Virus record (IMG/VR): IMGVR_UViG_3300048919_000123
Location: 19,665-83,664 of that record
Source: a virus
Length of the DNA stretch: 64,000 nucleotides
Direction: 5' to 3' (one strand)
The translations under genes and the position numbers were made by a program. Within the stretch, counting starts at the first letter, position 1. Each line of letters begins with the position of its first letter. Positions 48,639-59,800 of the stretch are shown one piece after another. The notes beneath the pieces were generated by a model. That model had not been told where the DNA came from and did not search any database. It saw only the letters and a list, made by a program, of their open reading frames with translations.

Positions 48639-51527
48639 ATGTATTATTTCCTTCAGTTCCGTGCGGACAAGAAGGAACCATGGCGGCTCTACACAGAGGA
48701 GCAGCTGCAATCAGCTGAGCTTCCAGGCCCGCCTGCGTTCAAAACTGTCCTGATGGTTGATCAGAACCCCGAAGAAGTTACCGAGAACGGTCTCAATGCT
48801 GTTGAGACCGTTCTGTATATGGGCCCGATGTACCTGGACTTTGATGACGCTGACGATATTGACCAGGTGCTGGCCGACGTCAACGCGGTCATCGACTACC
48901 TGATGAACAAGCTGGATATCCCGGCTGAGTTCATCCACTGCTGGTTGTCCGGCGGCAAGGGCGTGCACATTACGATCCCGGCTCAGGTCTTTGGCGTCAA
49001 GAAACCTACAAAGTTCCTGCCGATGATCTACCGCGAGATCATGCTGACCATCATGAAGGGCGCCGGCCTTGAATCGCCGTGCAGCCTGGATGAGTCGGTT
49101 TACTCCTGTGGCCGTGGCCGGATGTGGCGCTGTGAAGGCGTTCCACGCCCCGGCAGCGGCACCTACAAAGTCGGCACCACGCCGAACGAACTGGCTGACA
49201 TGAACAGCGAGGAATACCACGCCATCGTGGCCTCGCCGCGGCCGGCACTGGCCCAGCCTCAGCCCGGAAAGAACGTCACCTACGCCAAGGCTGAGCAGCT
49301 GCTCAAAGCTGCCCGTGTCGCGGCGTCCCGTAAGGTCAAGGCAATGAGCGCTGCCTGCGTTGTGCCGAAAGAGGCAATGCGGGAGTGGGAAGGCATCCCT
49401 GGCTGCATCGAGAAGCTGATCACCGAGGGTGACTCAGGCAACTCGAACTGGAACCAAGCGGCCATGCAGCTGGCGGCTTACATCGCTGCCCGCTACGAGA
49501 AGTCCGAAGAGAAGGAGTACATGGAGCTGCTGGTGCGGCCGTTCGTGAAGAACGTCGAGTCGAGCAGCCGGCCTTCTGAAACAGAACGACTCAAGCATGT
49601 GAAAGGGCAGCTGCAGCGCACCTTCGGCGGATCCATCAAGTTCGCCCCCGGCGCGCTGATCGCCACCATCGGCACCCCCTGCCGCCAGTGCCCGATCTGC
49701 CGCGCCGACGTGGCGAGCGGCGAGACCTCGCAGGAGCAGGTGGGCAACTACAACTCCGACGTGCGTATCCGCTACGACGACAACGGCTACCACCTGGTCG
49801 GTGAGGAAAACAGTCGGCAGCTGACCAACTTCACCTTCTGGCCCACGCTGGAGGTATTCGAGCTGGAGCCCTACACCAGCGCCACCGGCCAGACCAGCTG
49901 GCGCAACAGCGAGCGCAAGGAACTGATTGGAACCCTGCGCGTGGCCGGCAGTGAGGTGGTCAGCGAGATCTCCTTGTCGGAGCGGTCGTGGAGCTCCAAG
50001 CGCGACCTTATCGCGGCGGTGAAAGGCCGGGACGCTGCGGTATACGCCGGTGACGGCGAGATCCAGAAGATGCTGGTTGCCTTACTGAAATTTTCTCGGG
50101 ACAAGGCTGAAGATAAGGAGTTGGACAAGATGATTCGTGCGAACGTCTGCGGGATCGTTTTAGATCGCAGCGATCGGGGCACGGTCGCGCACTATGTGGA
50201 AGCTGGGGCAGCAATCACCGGTCTCGGCGGCCGTAGCCCTTACCGTTTTGACGGTAACGCGCGGCAATCTCCCGCCCTGATCGCTGGCAGCAACCCGCTG
50301 GAAGACGACGACCAACTGGCCACGGCCATGCGGGCGTTGTGCAAGGTCAATGAACCAGTGCAGGTGGCCCAGATGCTGGGCTGGTTTGCCTCGTGCCACT
50401 TCCGTGAACACATCCAGTTCGAGGAACCGCAGTTCCCCCTGTTGAACATCTATGGCAACGCCGGGGCCGGTAAGTCCTGCCTGGCTACCCTGATGGCTTT
50501 GATAAACGGGATCGACTACAACAAGGCCGAGCTGCAGAACGTGGAGGTGGGCACATTGTTCCCACTGGTTCGCTATGTCAGCAGCAGCACCACAGTGCCT
50601 CGCCTGATCGAAGAAGTGAACCCGGTGCAGCTGGGCAACACTCGCTACGGTCAGATCGTCGGCATTCTCAAGGCGGCCTGGAGCCACGCGCCAATTCAGC
50701 GAGGCAACATCAACAGCCAGCGTGAGCTGACCGTCACCGAGGATCGGGTATCCGCCCCTTTGGTGTACACCAGCGAGCAATCGGCGTCGGTGCCAGCGCT
50801 GCGCAGCCGGTCGGTGGAAGTCCGCCTGCAGGCCAAGGCGCTGCAGAATCAGGAGTACCGCGACAACTACCGCACCGCCGTGCAGAACCGCTCAGCGTTC
50901 GCCAGGCTCGCCCGAGCTATGGTGACGGTGGCCCTGCAGACTTCGCCTAACGCGCTGCTGAAGATCCTGCACAGCAAGTCGGAGCTGATCCACAAGCGCG
51001 TTGAAGAACGCCCTCGCTGGGGAATGATGTGCTGCCTGACCGGGCTGCACATGCTCATCCACACCATGAAGGAGTTCAAGGTCGATGGCGTGGAAAGCGT
51101 TGAGATGCTCGAGCGTGAGCTGATCACCTACTACGGCGGCAAGGTCACCGAAGCCGAGCGCGGCAAGTCGTCCTCGGAAGTTGACCGGGTGCTGAGCACA
51201 ATGAATATTCAGGCAGATGCGACCTTCGATGAACGTCTCCGTCTGATCCCGGGCAAGCACTACTGGCGTCAGGGCGACTCGCTGTACCTGGTGCTGCAGT
51301 CCTGTCTGCCGCGCTACCACGCCCATACCAAAAACGTTGGTGAAATGGCGGTGATCCGAAGCTACAACCAGCTCGCGGAGCTGATTGAAGGCGAGGTTTA
51401 CTTCCTGCGCACCGAGCCCCATCCACTCAACAACGAAATCGATGTCTTCGTGATCAGCGTGAAAGCTCTCGCCGAAAAAGGGACGCTGCTGAACAACTTC
51501 GAAAATGGAACGGAGCCCGACCAATGA
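48639..51527 (+). CDS. Primase-helicase (AEP primase plus P-loop helicase)
   Basis: LDFD and SGGKGVH AEP motifs; CxxC; GNAGAGKS Walker A. Confidence 0.85.
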   Translation: MYYFLQFRADKKEPWRLYTEEQLQSAELPGPPAFKTVLMVDQNPEEVTENGLNAVETVLYMGPMYLDFDDADDIDQVLADVNAVIDYLMNKLDIPAEFIHCWLSGGKGVHITIPAQVFGVKKPTKFLPMIYREIMLTIMKGAGLESPCSLDESVYSCGRGRMWRCEGVPRPGSGTYKVGTTPNELADMNSEEYHAIVASPRPALAQPQPGKNVTYAKAEQLLKAARVAASRKVKAMSAACVVPKEAMREWEGIPGCIEKLITEGDSGNSNWNQAAMQLAAYIAARYEKSEEKEYMELLVRPFVKNVESSSRPSETERLKHVKGQLQRTFGGSIKFAPGALIATIGTPCRQCPICRADVASGETSQEQVGNYNSDVRIRYDDNGYHLVGEENSRQLTNFTFWPTLEVFELEPYTSATGQTSWRNSERKELIGTLRVAGSEVVSEISLSERSWSSKRDLIAAVKGRDAAVYAGDGEIQKMLVALLKFSRDKAEDKELDKMIRANVCGIVLDRSDRGTVAHYVEAGAAITGLGGRSPYRFDGNARQSPALIAGSNPLEDDDQLATAMRALCKVNEPVQVAQMLGWFASCHFREHIQFEEPQFPLLNIYGNAGAGKSCLATLMALINGIDYNKAELQNVEVGTLFPLVRYVSSSTTVPRLIEEVNPVQLGNTRYGQIVGILKAAWSHAPIQRGNINSQRELTVTEDRVSAPLVYTSEQSASVPALRSRSVEVRLQAKALQNQEYRDNYRTAVQNRSAFARLARAMVTVALQTSPNALLKILHSKSELIHKRVEERPRWGMMCCLTGLHMLIHTMKEFKVDGVESVEMLERELITYYGGKVTEAERGKSSSEVDRVLSTMNIQADATFDERLRLIPGKHYWRQGDSLYLVLQSCLPRYHAHTKNVGEMAVIRSYNQLAELIEGEVYFLRTEPHPLNNEIDVFVISVKALAEKGTLLNNFENGTEPDQ

Positions 51528-51748
51528 TGGAAAATTACGCCGACCCCCTCGATCGTTCAGTAGCTGAGCAGGACATGATCCTGCAGGAGCAGCTACGCCT
51601 GGCCCGCAAGCCTGTCCACACCTTGGCCTACATCGGCAAGTGCCACAACTGCGGTGAACCGTTAGCGGATCCTCAGCGATTCTGTGACGCGGATTGCCGC
51701 GACGACCACGCCAAGATCCTTCGCAGCAGGTCTCAGAGGGTGTACTGA
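51524..51748 (+). CDS. DksA/TraR-like C4 zinc finger protein
   Basis: ADPLDRS N-terminus; CHNC...FCDADC. Confidence 0.7.
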   Translation: MMENYADPLDRSVAEQDMILQEQLRLARKPVHTLAYIGKCHNCGEPLADPQRFCDADCRDDHAKILRSRSQRVY

Positions 51749-53439
51749 TGAGCAGAAGTCTTCACGACTTGATGCTCGAAGTCGGGGTGGGCAACCACCC
51801 CGGCTGGTTCGACCAGATCAAACTCCCCCACTGGCCGATGAAGCATCAACTGGACATGATCAAGATCTACCCCTGGAACGACCGTTACGGGGATTTCTCC
51901 GAGCCAGGCGCAGGCAAGACGTACCCGGCTCAGGTTCATGCAATCATGATGGCGGCGATGGGTAACCGCGTCGTCTTCACCACACTGCCCACGCTGATCC
52001 CGCAGTTCATGGCGGAGTTCGAGCTGTTTTTCCCGGGCATCCATCAACACCTGCGCATCGAAGACCTCGACTGCAGCGCGGACAAGAAGAAGAAAAAAGA
52101 GGCGCGGTGGGACGTCGAAGGCTGGCCAGATATTCTGGTCATGTCCTACGACATCTACCGCATGTACAACGCCAAGCATGCACGGAAAAAGATCGGAAAT
52201 AATCTGTGGAAAATAAGGAATATCAACAAGATAGGGACAAAAGAAGAGTTCTCTACCAGCTATTTCATTGAGCAAGGCGACGACAAGGGTGAACCCCGAT
52301 TCCCCAAAGCTCAGCCGTACACGAAGGATGGTCGCATGATCAATCCGAAAAACGGCACGGCGCCGAACCCCAAGCAGATGCTCCTCTACCACCAGAATTA
52401 CCACGTCCAGTTTTTCGACGAGGGTGACGCGCTGTGCGGCATGGACTCGATTCTGTCGGAATCGGTGTACGAGATGAGCATGCGGCTGAAGGACGAGGTG
52501 GCGATCTACGTGCTGACCGGCACGCCGATACCGACCCACCTGCACAACGCCTACGGCCTGATCCGGCTGATCAACCCAAGCGCCTACCTGAACAAGGCAG
52601 CGTTCATCCGCCAGCACTGTGAGCAGGAGGAGTTCAAGGTTCCGCTGCCCAACGGCAAGAGCAAGACGATCAAGCAGATCGTCGGCTACAAGGACGTCGA
52701 GAAGATCGAGGCTTCCCTGTGGAAGAACGCTCACCGGGTGCAGAAGCGCGACGTGATCCAGATGCCGGAGCCGATCATCAGCGAGGTGCCGGTCAGGCTG
52801 TCCGGACGCCACCTGAAGCTGTACCAGACGGTGATCCGGGATCGGTTCGCTGTGTTGGGTGATCGGGTTCTGGCGCCGGACAGCGCCAGTGCCCTGCGCC
52901 ACATGGCCCTGCAGCTGATCAGCTGCCCCACCAAGTTCGACCCGACCCTGGTGGAGTGCGATGAGCTGGCCAAGGCCACCGGCGAGCTGGTGGAGACGAT
53001 CAACCCCGGCCCCGGCCGCAAGCTGATCATCTTCGCCTTCTACCGCCAGGCCATTGAAGGCCTCGCCATGCAGTTCGCTCACCGCAAGGTGGCGATCGTC
53101 TACGGCGAGATACCGGACAGGCAGGCGCAGCTGGACAAATTCCAGAACGATGATGAGTGCGACACGATCATCATCCAATGGGTGGCCGGAGGCGCCGGGC
53201 TGAACTTGCAGGTGGCTGGGTACATCATCTTTTACGAATGCCCAACGTCGCCCAAAGCGGCGAAGCAAGCGATTGCACGGGCTGACCGTAAAGGGCAGGT
53301 AAACATCGTCAACGTGTACTTCATGCGGGTCTTGAGGACGCTGTCCGACAAGAACTTCAGGGCGCTGTTGGCGAACGAAGAAAGCAACAACCGGGCGATC
53401 AAGGACAAGCATGACTTGCTCCATGAATTACTCGGTTGA
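51748..53439 (+). CDS. SNF2-like SF2 helicase
   Basis: EPGAGKT, DEGD, LTGTP, GGAGLNLQ and QAIARADRKGQ motifs. Confidence 0.88.
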   Translation: MSRSLHDLMLEVGVGNHPGWFDQIKLPHWPMKHQLDMIKIYPWNDRYGDFSEPGAGKTYPAQVHAIMMAAMGNRVVFTTLPTLIPQFMAEFELFFPGIHQHLRIEDLDCSADKKKKKEARWDVEGWPDILVMSYDIYRMYNAKHARKKIGNNLWKIRNINKIGTKEEFSTSYFIEQGDDKGEPRFPKAQPYTKDGRMINPKNGTAPNPKQMLLYHQNYHVQFFDEGDALCGMDSILSESVYEMSMRLKDEVAIYVLTGTPIPTHLHNAYGLIRLINPSAYLNKAAFIRQHCEQEEFKVPLPNGKSKTIKQIVGYKDVEKIEASLWKNAHRVQKRDVIQMPEPIISEVPVRLSGRHLKLYQTVIRDRFAVLGDRVLAPDSASALRHMALQLISCPTKFDPTLVECDELAKATGELVETINPGPGRKLIIFAFYRQAIEGLAMQFAHRKVAIVYGEIPDRQAQLDKFQNDDECDTIIIQWVAGGAGLNLQVAGYIIFYECPTSPKAAKQAIARADRKGQVNIVNVYFMRVLRTLSDKNFRALLANEESNNRAIKDKHDLLHELLG

Positions 53440-53465
53440 CAGAGGGTTGGGCGTCTCTGTATAAA
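53436..53465 (+). promoter_or_regulatory. sigma70 promoter
   Basis: TTGACA-N18-TATAAA. Confidence 0.65.
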
Positions 53466-53544
53466 ACAGCCTGCGCTGGCGGATTCCTCGCTAGTTGCCG
53501 ATGAAAATGACGATGAAACGAAATTAAATTAACTCAGAGAGATA

Positions 53545-54459
53545 ATGATCATGGCTCTTAAACGCGCAGTTCCAGCAGAAGAAACCACCAACACCAACAC
53601 CACCGCAGAGAAAGCGGTTGAAACGGTAAAGGAAACCGTCTCCACCGTGGAAACGGCGGCAGCGGATACTGCGAAGGAATCGCAGGCCAAGGAAGGCGAG
53701 CTGGTGGACGGTGATGCACAGCTGGCCGATGAAGGCGCTCTCAAGGATGCGGCGCCGGAAGCCGAGCCAGAAGCAGAAGCAGCAGCTTCCGCCGAAGCGG
53801 CCATCGAGCCTGAGCAGATCCGCGACAAAGCGGTGGCAGTTCAGACCGAAAGCCCTGTAGCACTCAGCAACACCGAGCGCCAAGCCGGTGCAGCCCGTCA
53901 GTTCAGCGAAAGCATGGCTGAGCAGGGCTTCGAAGGCCTGAACCTGACCGGCATGTCCTTCGACCGCGTCAAGCTGGACGAAGGCAAGTTCCTGCTCGGC
54001 AGCGAGGAAACCGAGATCGGTGAGCAGATCGATGTCAACATCCTCAGCACCCGCAACATTTACATCGTGCGCCAGGGTTCTTTCAAGGATGCCGAGCTGT
54101 TCTACAGCTACGACAAGAAAGGCCTGACTCACAGCGACGGCACCAGCGCTCAGGCTACTCTGGACGAGTGGGCTGAAGAAGGCTACGGCGTGGAAGGCCA
54201 GCCGCTGGACATCAAGGAATACATCGAAGCAATGGCTCAGCTCAAAAATCGCGACGACGAGTACGACGAGCACATGGTTTCGCTGTCCATTCCACCTGCT
54301 TCGAAGGATCGCGTGGCAGGGGCGTTTGCCGTCGGCACCCGCAAATACAACTGCGCGCCAGGTCAACTGATCATCCAATGCTCTGTGGGCAAGAAGATCG
54401 GCACCGGCGATAAAGCGTTCCGTCCGTGGAACTTCAAAGCCATTGGCGTGAACGAGTAA
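53545..54459 (+). CDS. Putative ssDNA-binding/recombination protein with acidic low-complexity N-terminus
   Basis: Own promoter and terminator; located in replication module; function inferred from context. Confidence 0.45.
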   Translation: MIMALKRAVPAEETTNTNTTAEKAVETVKETVSTVETAAADTAKESQAKEGELVDGDAQLADEGALKDAAPEAEPEAEAAASAEAAIEPEQIRDKAVAVQTESPVALSNTERQAGAARQFSESMAEQGFEGLNLTGMSFDRVKLDEGKFLLGSEETEIGEQIDVNILSTRNIYIVRQGSFKDAELFYSYDKKGLTHSDGTSAQATLDEWAEEGYGVEGQPLDIKEYIEAMAQLKNRDDEYDEHMVSLSIPPASKDRVAGAFAVGTRKYNCAPGQLIIQCSVGKKIGTGDKAFRPWNFKAIGVNE

Positions 54460-54476
54460 CACCTCGCTCTGACCTG

Positions 54477-54509
54477 AAGCCCGGCCGGTGATCCTGCCGG
54501 GCTTTTTAT
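54477..54509 (+). terminator. Intrinsic terminator
   Basis: AAGCCCGGC...GCCGGGCTTTTT. Confidence 0.75.
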
Positions 54510-54532
54510 TCACAAAATTTCGAGACAAGACC

Positions 54533-55195
54533 ATGACCGAAGCGAACAAAGACCACGGCTTTACCGGCGGCTTCCACGAGGCAATCCTCAACCAGCTCGA
54601 AGAGACTCGGGTGACGGCTGTTCTCGCTGATATCCCAGCTGAGAATCACGAAAAAATTCTCCAGACCCCGTTCGCGCTGATGGTCAGCGACCTGGCCAAG
54701 CCCGGCCAAGCGATGCTGGACACCCTGAAGTTCACCGGGTTCCTGCAGCTCCTGGCTCTGTGCGCCGCGATCATCAACAAGGGCAACCAGCTCGACGCAG
54801 CCAAGAAGGTCATCGTCTACAACAAACCTCCGGTCGACGGCATCGACCCGAACGCATTCAAGCTGCCAAGCAGCCAGCCGCTCGGCGAAGCGTTCGAAGC
54901 GCTGACCCCTGAAAAAATGCACATGCTGCACATGGCCGTAGGCCTGGCCGGCGAAGCAGCCGAGATGCTGGAAGCGGTGGTCAATCACGTACTGGGCGGG
55001 CAGCTGGATGGTGTGAACGTCCGCGAGGAAGCGGGCGATGCAACCTTCTACATCGTGGGCCTGCTGAACAGCATTCAGACCTGCCTGGACGAGGCGCTGC
55101 TGGCCAACAAGGTCAAACTCCTGGGCAAGCGCTACAAGAACGGGTACAGCGATCAGGCCGCCCAGGCGCGCGCTGACAAGGCTGAGGGCCAGTGA
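54533..55195 (+). CDS. MazG-like NTP pyrophosphohydrolase
   Basis: GLAGEAAE...EEAGD..FY...N..KL..RY motifs. Confidence 0.85.
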   Translation: MTEANKDHGFTGGFHEAILNQLEETRVTAVLADIPAENHEKILQTPFALMVSDLAKPGQAMLDTLKFTGFLQLLALCAAIINKGNQLDAAKKVIVYNKPPVDGIDPNAFKLPSSQPLGEAFEALTPEKMHMLHMAVGLAGEAAEMLEAVVNHVLGGQLDGVNVREEAGDATFYIVGLLNSIQTCLDEALLANKVKLLGKRYKNGYSDQAAQARADKAEGQ

Positions 55196-55197
55196 TC

Positions 55198-55485
55198 ATG
55201 CCCATTCAGCCACTGAACGACCGTGTAGTTGTACGCCGCAAAGCGGCGGCGAAAGAAACCGCCAGCGGCATCATCCTGCCTGGCGAACCGGAGAAACTGA
55301 ACCAGGGTACGGTGGTTGCCGTTGGCCCTGGCCGCCGTGAGAGTGGTGAGGTGGTTCCACTCTCGGTGAAGGTGGGCGACACCGTGGTGTTCGGCCCCTA
55401 CTCCGGCAGCAACGTCGTCAAAGTCGACGGCGAAGACCTGCTGGTGATGGCTGAGGCGGAGCTGCTCGGCATTATCACGCAGTAA
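55198..55485 (+). CDS. groES: Co-chaperonin GroES
   Basis: [27 protein letters not shown] and VKVGDTV motifs. Confidence 0.95.
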   Translation: MPIQPLNDRVVVRRKAAAKETASGIILPGEPEKLNQGTVVAVGPGRRESGEVVPLSVKVGDTVVFGPYSGSNVVKVDGEDLLVMAEAELLGIITQ

Positions 55486-55491
55486 CCACTC

Positions 55492-55514
55492 GCCCCCGCT
55501 TCGGCGGGGGCTTT
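55492..55514 (+). terminator. Hairpin terminator
   Basis: GCCCCCGC-TTCG-GCGGGGGC-TTT. Confidence 0.7.
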
Positions 55515-55529
55515 AAGCAGGAGTAGGAC

Positions 55530-55853
55530 ATGACAGTTATTTTCGCGGCACCTGCCGGGACAGGTAAGACCATGTTTGGGAAAGCCCTGGCTGAACATTT
55601 TGGCTGCAAGAGCGTAATCGAAGCGGAACAGCTGAGCCCCATGTCGGAGACAGTAAAGAAACATTCGCTGAGCAATGCGCTGATTCTCTGCCAGACCCCG
55701 GAACAAGTCCCGTACAGCCCGCACATTCGCCTTCGTCTCACCCTGGATCGTGACCAGATGAACCGCGCGATGGTCGAGGTGGGAGGCATCCCGATCTGGA
55801 ACGACGACGGTTCGGTCAATCAATTCGGCAAGCGCAAGGGGCTCGGGCAATGA
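55530..55853 (+). CDS. Small P-loop protein
   Basis: APAGTGKT Walker A at N-terminus, 107 aa. Confidence 0.7.
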   Translation: MTVIFAAPAGTGKTMFGKALAEHFGCKSVIEAEQLSPMSETVKKHSLSNALILCQTPEQVPYSPHIRLRLTLDRDQMNRAMVEVGGIPIWNDDGSVNQFGKRKGLGQ

Positions 55854-56539
55854 AAGCAGAATACATCGATCACATGGGCAGCGACCTCTCGGTTGTCCGA
55901 GCGGCTAAGGTCAGCTTCGCCAACGACGAGACGGTGCAGCAGTTCATCACAGCCGAGATGGCTGAGCGTATGTCCGCTGATCAGGGCGTAACAGTCCGCT
56001 CCCACGAAGGCCTGATCAACTACCTGGCCCGGCATCACCACTGGACTCCGTTCGCCCACACCTCGATCACCTTGAAGATGGCTGCACCGGTGCCGATCCG
56101 CACCCAGTGCTTCAAGCACAAGGTGGGCTTCGTCGAGAACGAAGAGAGCCGGCGCTACATCAGCGATCGGCCGGTGCTGTTCGTGCCGGAGGTGTTCCGC
56201 CAGGCGCCGGACGGTGACAAGGTCAAGCAGGGCAGCGCCGGCCCGCACCCTAACAACGACATCATCTGCCAAGCCTATGTCCAGCGCTGCGAGGACATGA
56301 TCAATTTCTACGAGGAGCTGGTGAAGCAGGGCGTGGCGCCAGAGCAGGCCCGCTTTGTGCTCCCGCAGGGCTGCGAAGTGAACTGGTACTGGACAGGCAG
56401 CCTGTATGCCTATGCTTGTGCCTACCTGAAGCGCGTCGACTCCCATGCACAGGGGGAAGTGCGCGACTTGTTCACCGAAATCGGGCCGATCATGCAGAAG
56501 CTGTTCCCGTACAGCTGGAACGCCCTGACAGGAGAGTGA
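55850..56539 (+). CDS. thyX: Flavin-dependent thymidylate synthase
   Basis: HWTPF, KH...NEESRRY, EQARFVLP and HAQ.E motifs. Confidence 0.95.
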   Translation: MKAEYIDHMGSDLSVVRAAKVSFANDETVQQFITAEMAERMSADQGVTVRSHEGLINYLARHHHWTPFAHTSITLKMAAPVPIRTQCFKHKVGFVENEESRRYISDRPVLFVPEVFRQAPDGDKVKQGSAGPHPNNDIICQAYVQRCEDMINFYEELVKQGVAPEQARFVLPQGCEVNWYWTGSLYAYACAYLKRVDSHAQGEVRDLFTEIGPIMQKLFPYSWNALTGE

Positions 56540-56541
56540 CC

Positions 56542-56817
56542 ATGAAAATGCTCAAGTTCGGCCTCAATACGGGCACCAACCTGCTTCAGGTTCCCGGTGG
56601 TCTTTCGGTGGACTCGACGGTGCAGCATCAGCCCGCACAACCCCATTCGCTGCAGTTGTGGACGCTGGTCGACGACAAGCTTCCCCCGGTGCAGGCCGAG
56701 ATTTACGTCGCGAGAACCGGCGAAGACCTCGACCCGAACAAGAACTACATCAACCTGGGCACCTGCCAGCTACACGGAGGGGGCACTGTGTTGCACGCTC
56801 TCTTCATTCAGGAGTAA
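56542..56817 (+). CDS. Hypothetical protein
   Basis: AGGAG RBS; common phage small-protein pattern (W.LVD...TG....Y.GT......V.H.). Confidence 0.7.
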   Translation: MKMLKFGLNTGTNLLQVPGGLSVDSTVQHQPAQPHSLQLWTLVDDKLPPVQAEIYVARTGEDLDPNKNYINLGTCQLHGGGTVLHALFIQE

Positions 56818-56820
56818 CCC

Positions 56821-59800
56821 ATGACCGAACATCCATTACAAATCATCGACTTCCGAGCGACAGTTAAACACGCTTATTACGGGGTGAGTGACAAGACCCT
56901 GCACTGCGTGAAGCTGGATCGGAAGTTCGCGGAATGGGAAGCCGCCGCCGGCGACTTCCTGACCCGCTACCTGCGGCCGATGCTGGAGCAGGGTTCCTCA
57001 CCGCGTGAAATGGTCATCGCTCACGACGCCGGCCGCGCTTACCGCACCGGCATCTACCCGGCCTACAAGGGCCAGAAGGAAAAGAAGGACGAGAACAAAA
57101 GCCCTGTCGAGATCGAGCAGTACAAGCTGCTGATGAACTGGGCCAAACGGTTCTTCGCAGCACTCGGCGCCACCCAGCTGTTCGTGGAAGGCGTCGAAGC
57201 GGATGACCTGATCGCCTGGATTTGCCAGATGGTTAAAGGGCCGAAGGACATCCGCACGGTCGACGAAGACATGCTGCAGCTGGTCGACGCCGACACCATC
57301 GTGACCCTGAAGAACGTCGCCCACTACGGCGCCGACGGGGTGTACCCCGAGGGCCACGCTCTGGAAGGGCTGCCCTACCGCCTGACCAGCTTCGCCAAGT
57401 CGATCATGGGCGACAGCTCCGACAACTACAAAGGCGTCACGGGGATGGGCCCGGCAAAGGTCTTGACGCTGCTGAAGAACTACGGCGCCGACGGCCTGGA
57501 CGAGCTGGCCCACATCGTCGACACCGGCAACACCGATCTCCTCGATGAAACCATTGAGGCCTCCAACGACAAGATCCTGATCAAGCTCAAGGAGAACTTT
57601 GGCGACTGGAAGATGGGCTGGCGCCTGGCGTCTTTGAAGCCGGAGCTGTGCTGGAAGCCGCGGCAGCGCAAGCTGACCAAGCTGAAGATCCACAAGCGCG
57701 TGCCAGATCCGACCGCGCTGTACAACTGCCTGAAGGAAGTCGGCTGCGAGGACATGTGGGAGGCGGAGTATTGCCACCTGATGCCGTCGCCGATGATCGT
57801 CGACGCCAACAACTGGCCGGAGATGCGTGAAGCGATCTTCGCAGAGATCAAGGCCGGGAACCTGACCGCGTTCGACTATGAGTCGTCGGACAAGAACCCG
57901 ATCATGGACTTCCGCCGCGCTTCGCAGGCCGGTAGCAACTTCGTCGACATGCTCAGCCAGGAGCTGGCCGGCGCCTCGTTCCAGTTCGGCCGGCACCTGG
58001 AGAACGTGATCTACATCCCGGTCGATCACAAGGACAGCGCCAACCTGAACAAAGAGGTGATCCTGGAGATCCTTGAGTTCGCCGGCGAGCACACCCAGCG
58101 AGTGGCCCACAACGCCTTGTTCGAAGGCGTGGTCAGCTTCACCAACCTCGGCGCCTGGCTGACCAACATCCAAGACACCCGGATGATGCAGCGCTTCTAC
58201 GACGAGAACATGGAAGCGGGTCTGAAGGCGATCTCGCTGAACTACCTGTCCTACGAGCAGACCTCGTTCCAAGACACCCTGGCGGCCGGTAACGGCGGCG
58301 AGGGCGTCAACATGATGTGCGAGCTGACCGCTGACGAAGTCTTCAGCTACGGCACCGACGACAGCTTGGTGACTGGCCACCTGCATGACCTGCTGAAGCT
58401 TCTGCTGCAGCTGGATGGGCAGTGGGACTTCTACCGGCAGTGGGCTGTGCGTCCGACCGAGGTGCTGCAGCGTGCCTACGTGGCTGGTTCAAACATGAAC
58501 TGGGCGCTGCAGAAGCGCATCCACTCCAAGGATCTGGAAACCATCCGCACCGGCATGATCGAACTTCGCGAGATCCTCGAGAAGAACGTCACCGGCAACA
58601 TCACCCCCGGCGCCAAATCGCTGATCGACGCGGAGAAGGATTACATCTTCCGCGCGGCGAAGAAGAAAGCCGATGGCAACGTGGAGGCAGCCAACCTCAA
58701 GGTGTCTGAGTGGCGCAAGAAGATCGAAGCGTCCTGCCAATACACGCCGTACCGCGAAGAGTCGGTAATGCCGACTTTTGCCTTTACGCCGACTCAGCTG
58801 AACCCGGCGTTCGAGAAGGTCGGCCTGCCAAAAATCGAGAAGGTCACCCTCAAGGCGATCACCGAGTGGTTTGAAGCAGCGGGCGCTGCGGGTTTCCGCG
58901 ATGAATGGAAGCTGACCGAGCAGCAAGTTGAAGTCGTCGACATGATCGCCGCCGCCGTCAACGCCGGCTGCCTGAAAATGGGTGATCTACGTCGCAAAGC
59001 TGAAGAAATGGATTCGGCAGAAGACGTCTGCGATGCCAAGCTGGCGACCGCCGAGAAGGTGTTCGACCAACTGGGTGAGCTGATCCAGCGGCTGGCCGGC
59101 GTGGAGCCACGGATCGTGCAGTTTGGCGACCCGTTGAACGTGGGCAGCCCGGCCCAGATGCAGCAACTGCTGTATTGCAAGATCGGGATGCCAGTGCGGC
59201 TGCGCGGCAAGACCCCGGGCAAAGGTCGGTTGTCCATCGGCATCAAGGAAGCAGGCCCGTCTACCGACGAGCAAGCGATCCTCACCGCCCTGGCGAACGA
59301 CGTGCCGGAAGACTGCTGGCAGCGTGAGGCTCTGCAGGTACTGCGCGTGGTCAAATCGGCCAGCACCCGCTGCAGCCTGTTCCACGACAAGTACCCGATG
59401 TGGCGTCACCGTGACGGTCACGTTCACCCGATCGTTACCGACGCAGGCACCGACACCACCCGGCCAACGGCGAGCGCGCCGAACAGCCTGCAGGTGCCGA
59501 AGAAGGGCGAAGGCAAGGTCATGCGGTCGATCTACATCCCGCCGAACAAGGACTACTTGTGCGTGGCGATCGACTTCAACGGCCAGGAGATCCGTCTCAT
59601 GGCCAACCTCGCCAACGACCCGGTGATGCTGTCGGTGTACGAGCCGGGCAACGAGAAAGACCTGCACAGCATGACCGGTGCCGGTATCGCGAAGATGGAC
59701 TACATGGAGTTCTGCCTGGCCAAGGACAACAGGGAGCACAAGCTGCACAAGCTGGCCGTGGCGATTCGCGGCAAGGCCAAGACCATCAACTTCGGTATGG

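Noticed and set aside
45797-56539. DNA hypermodification pathway (Nmad5, MazG, ThyX, kinase)
   Set aside because: No Que/preQ0, PurZ, hydroxymethylase or glycosyltransferase genes in the window; PolA motifs look standard
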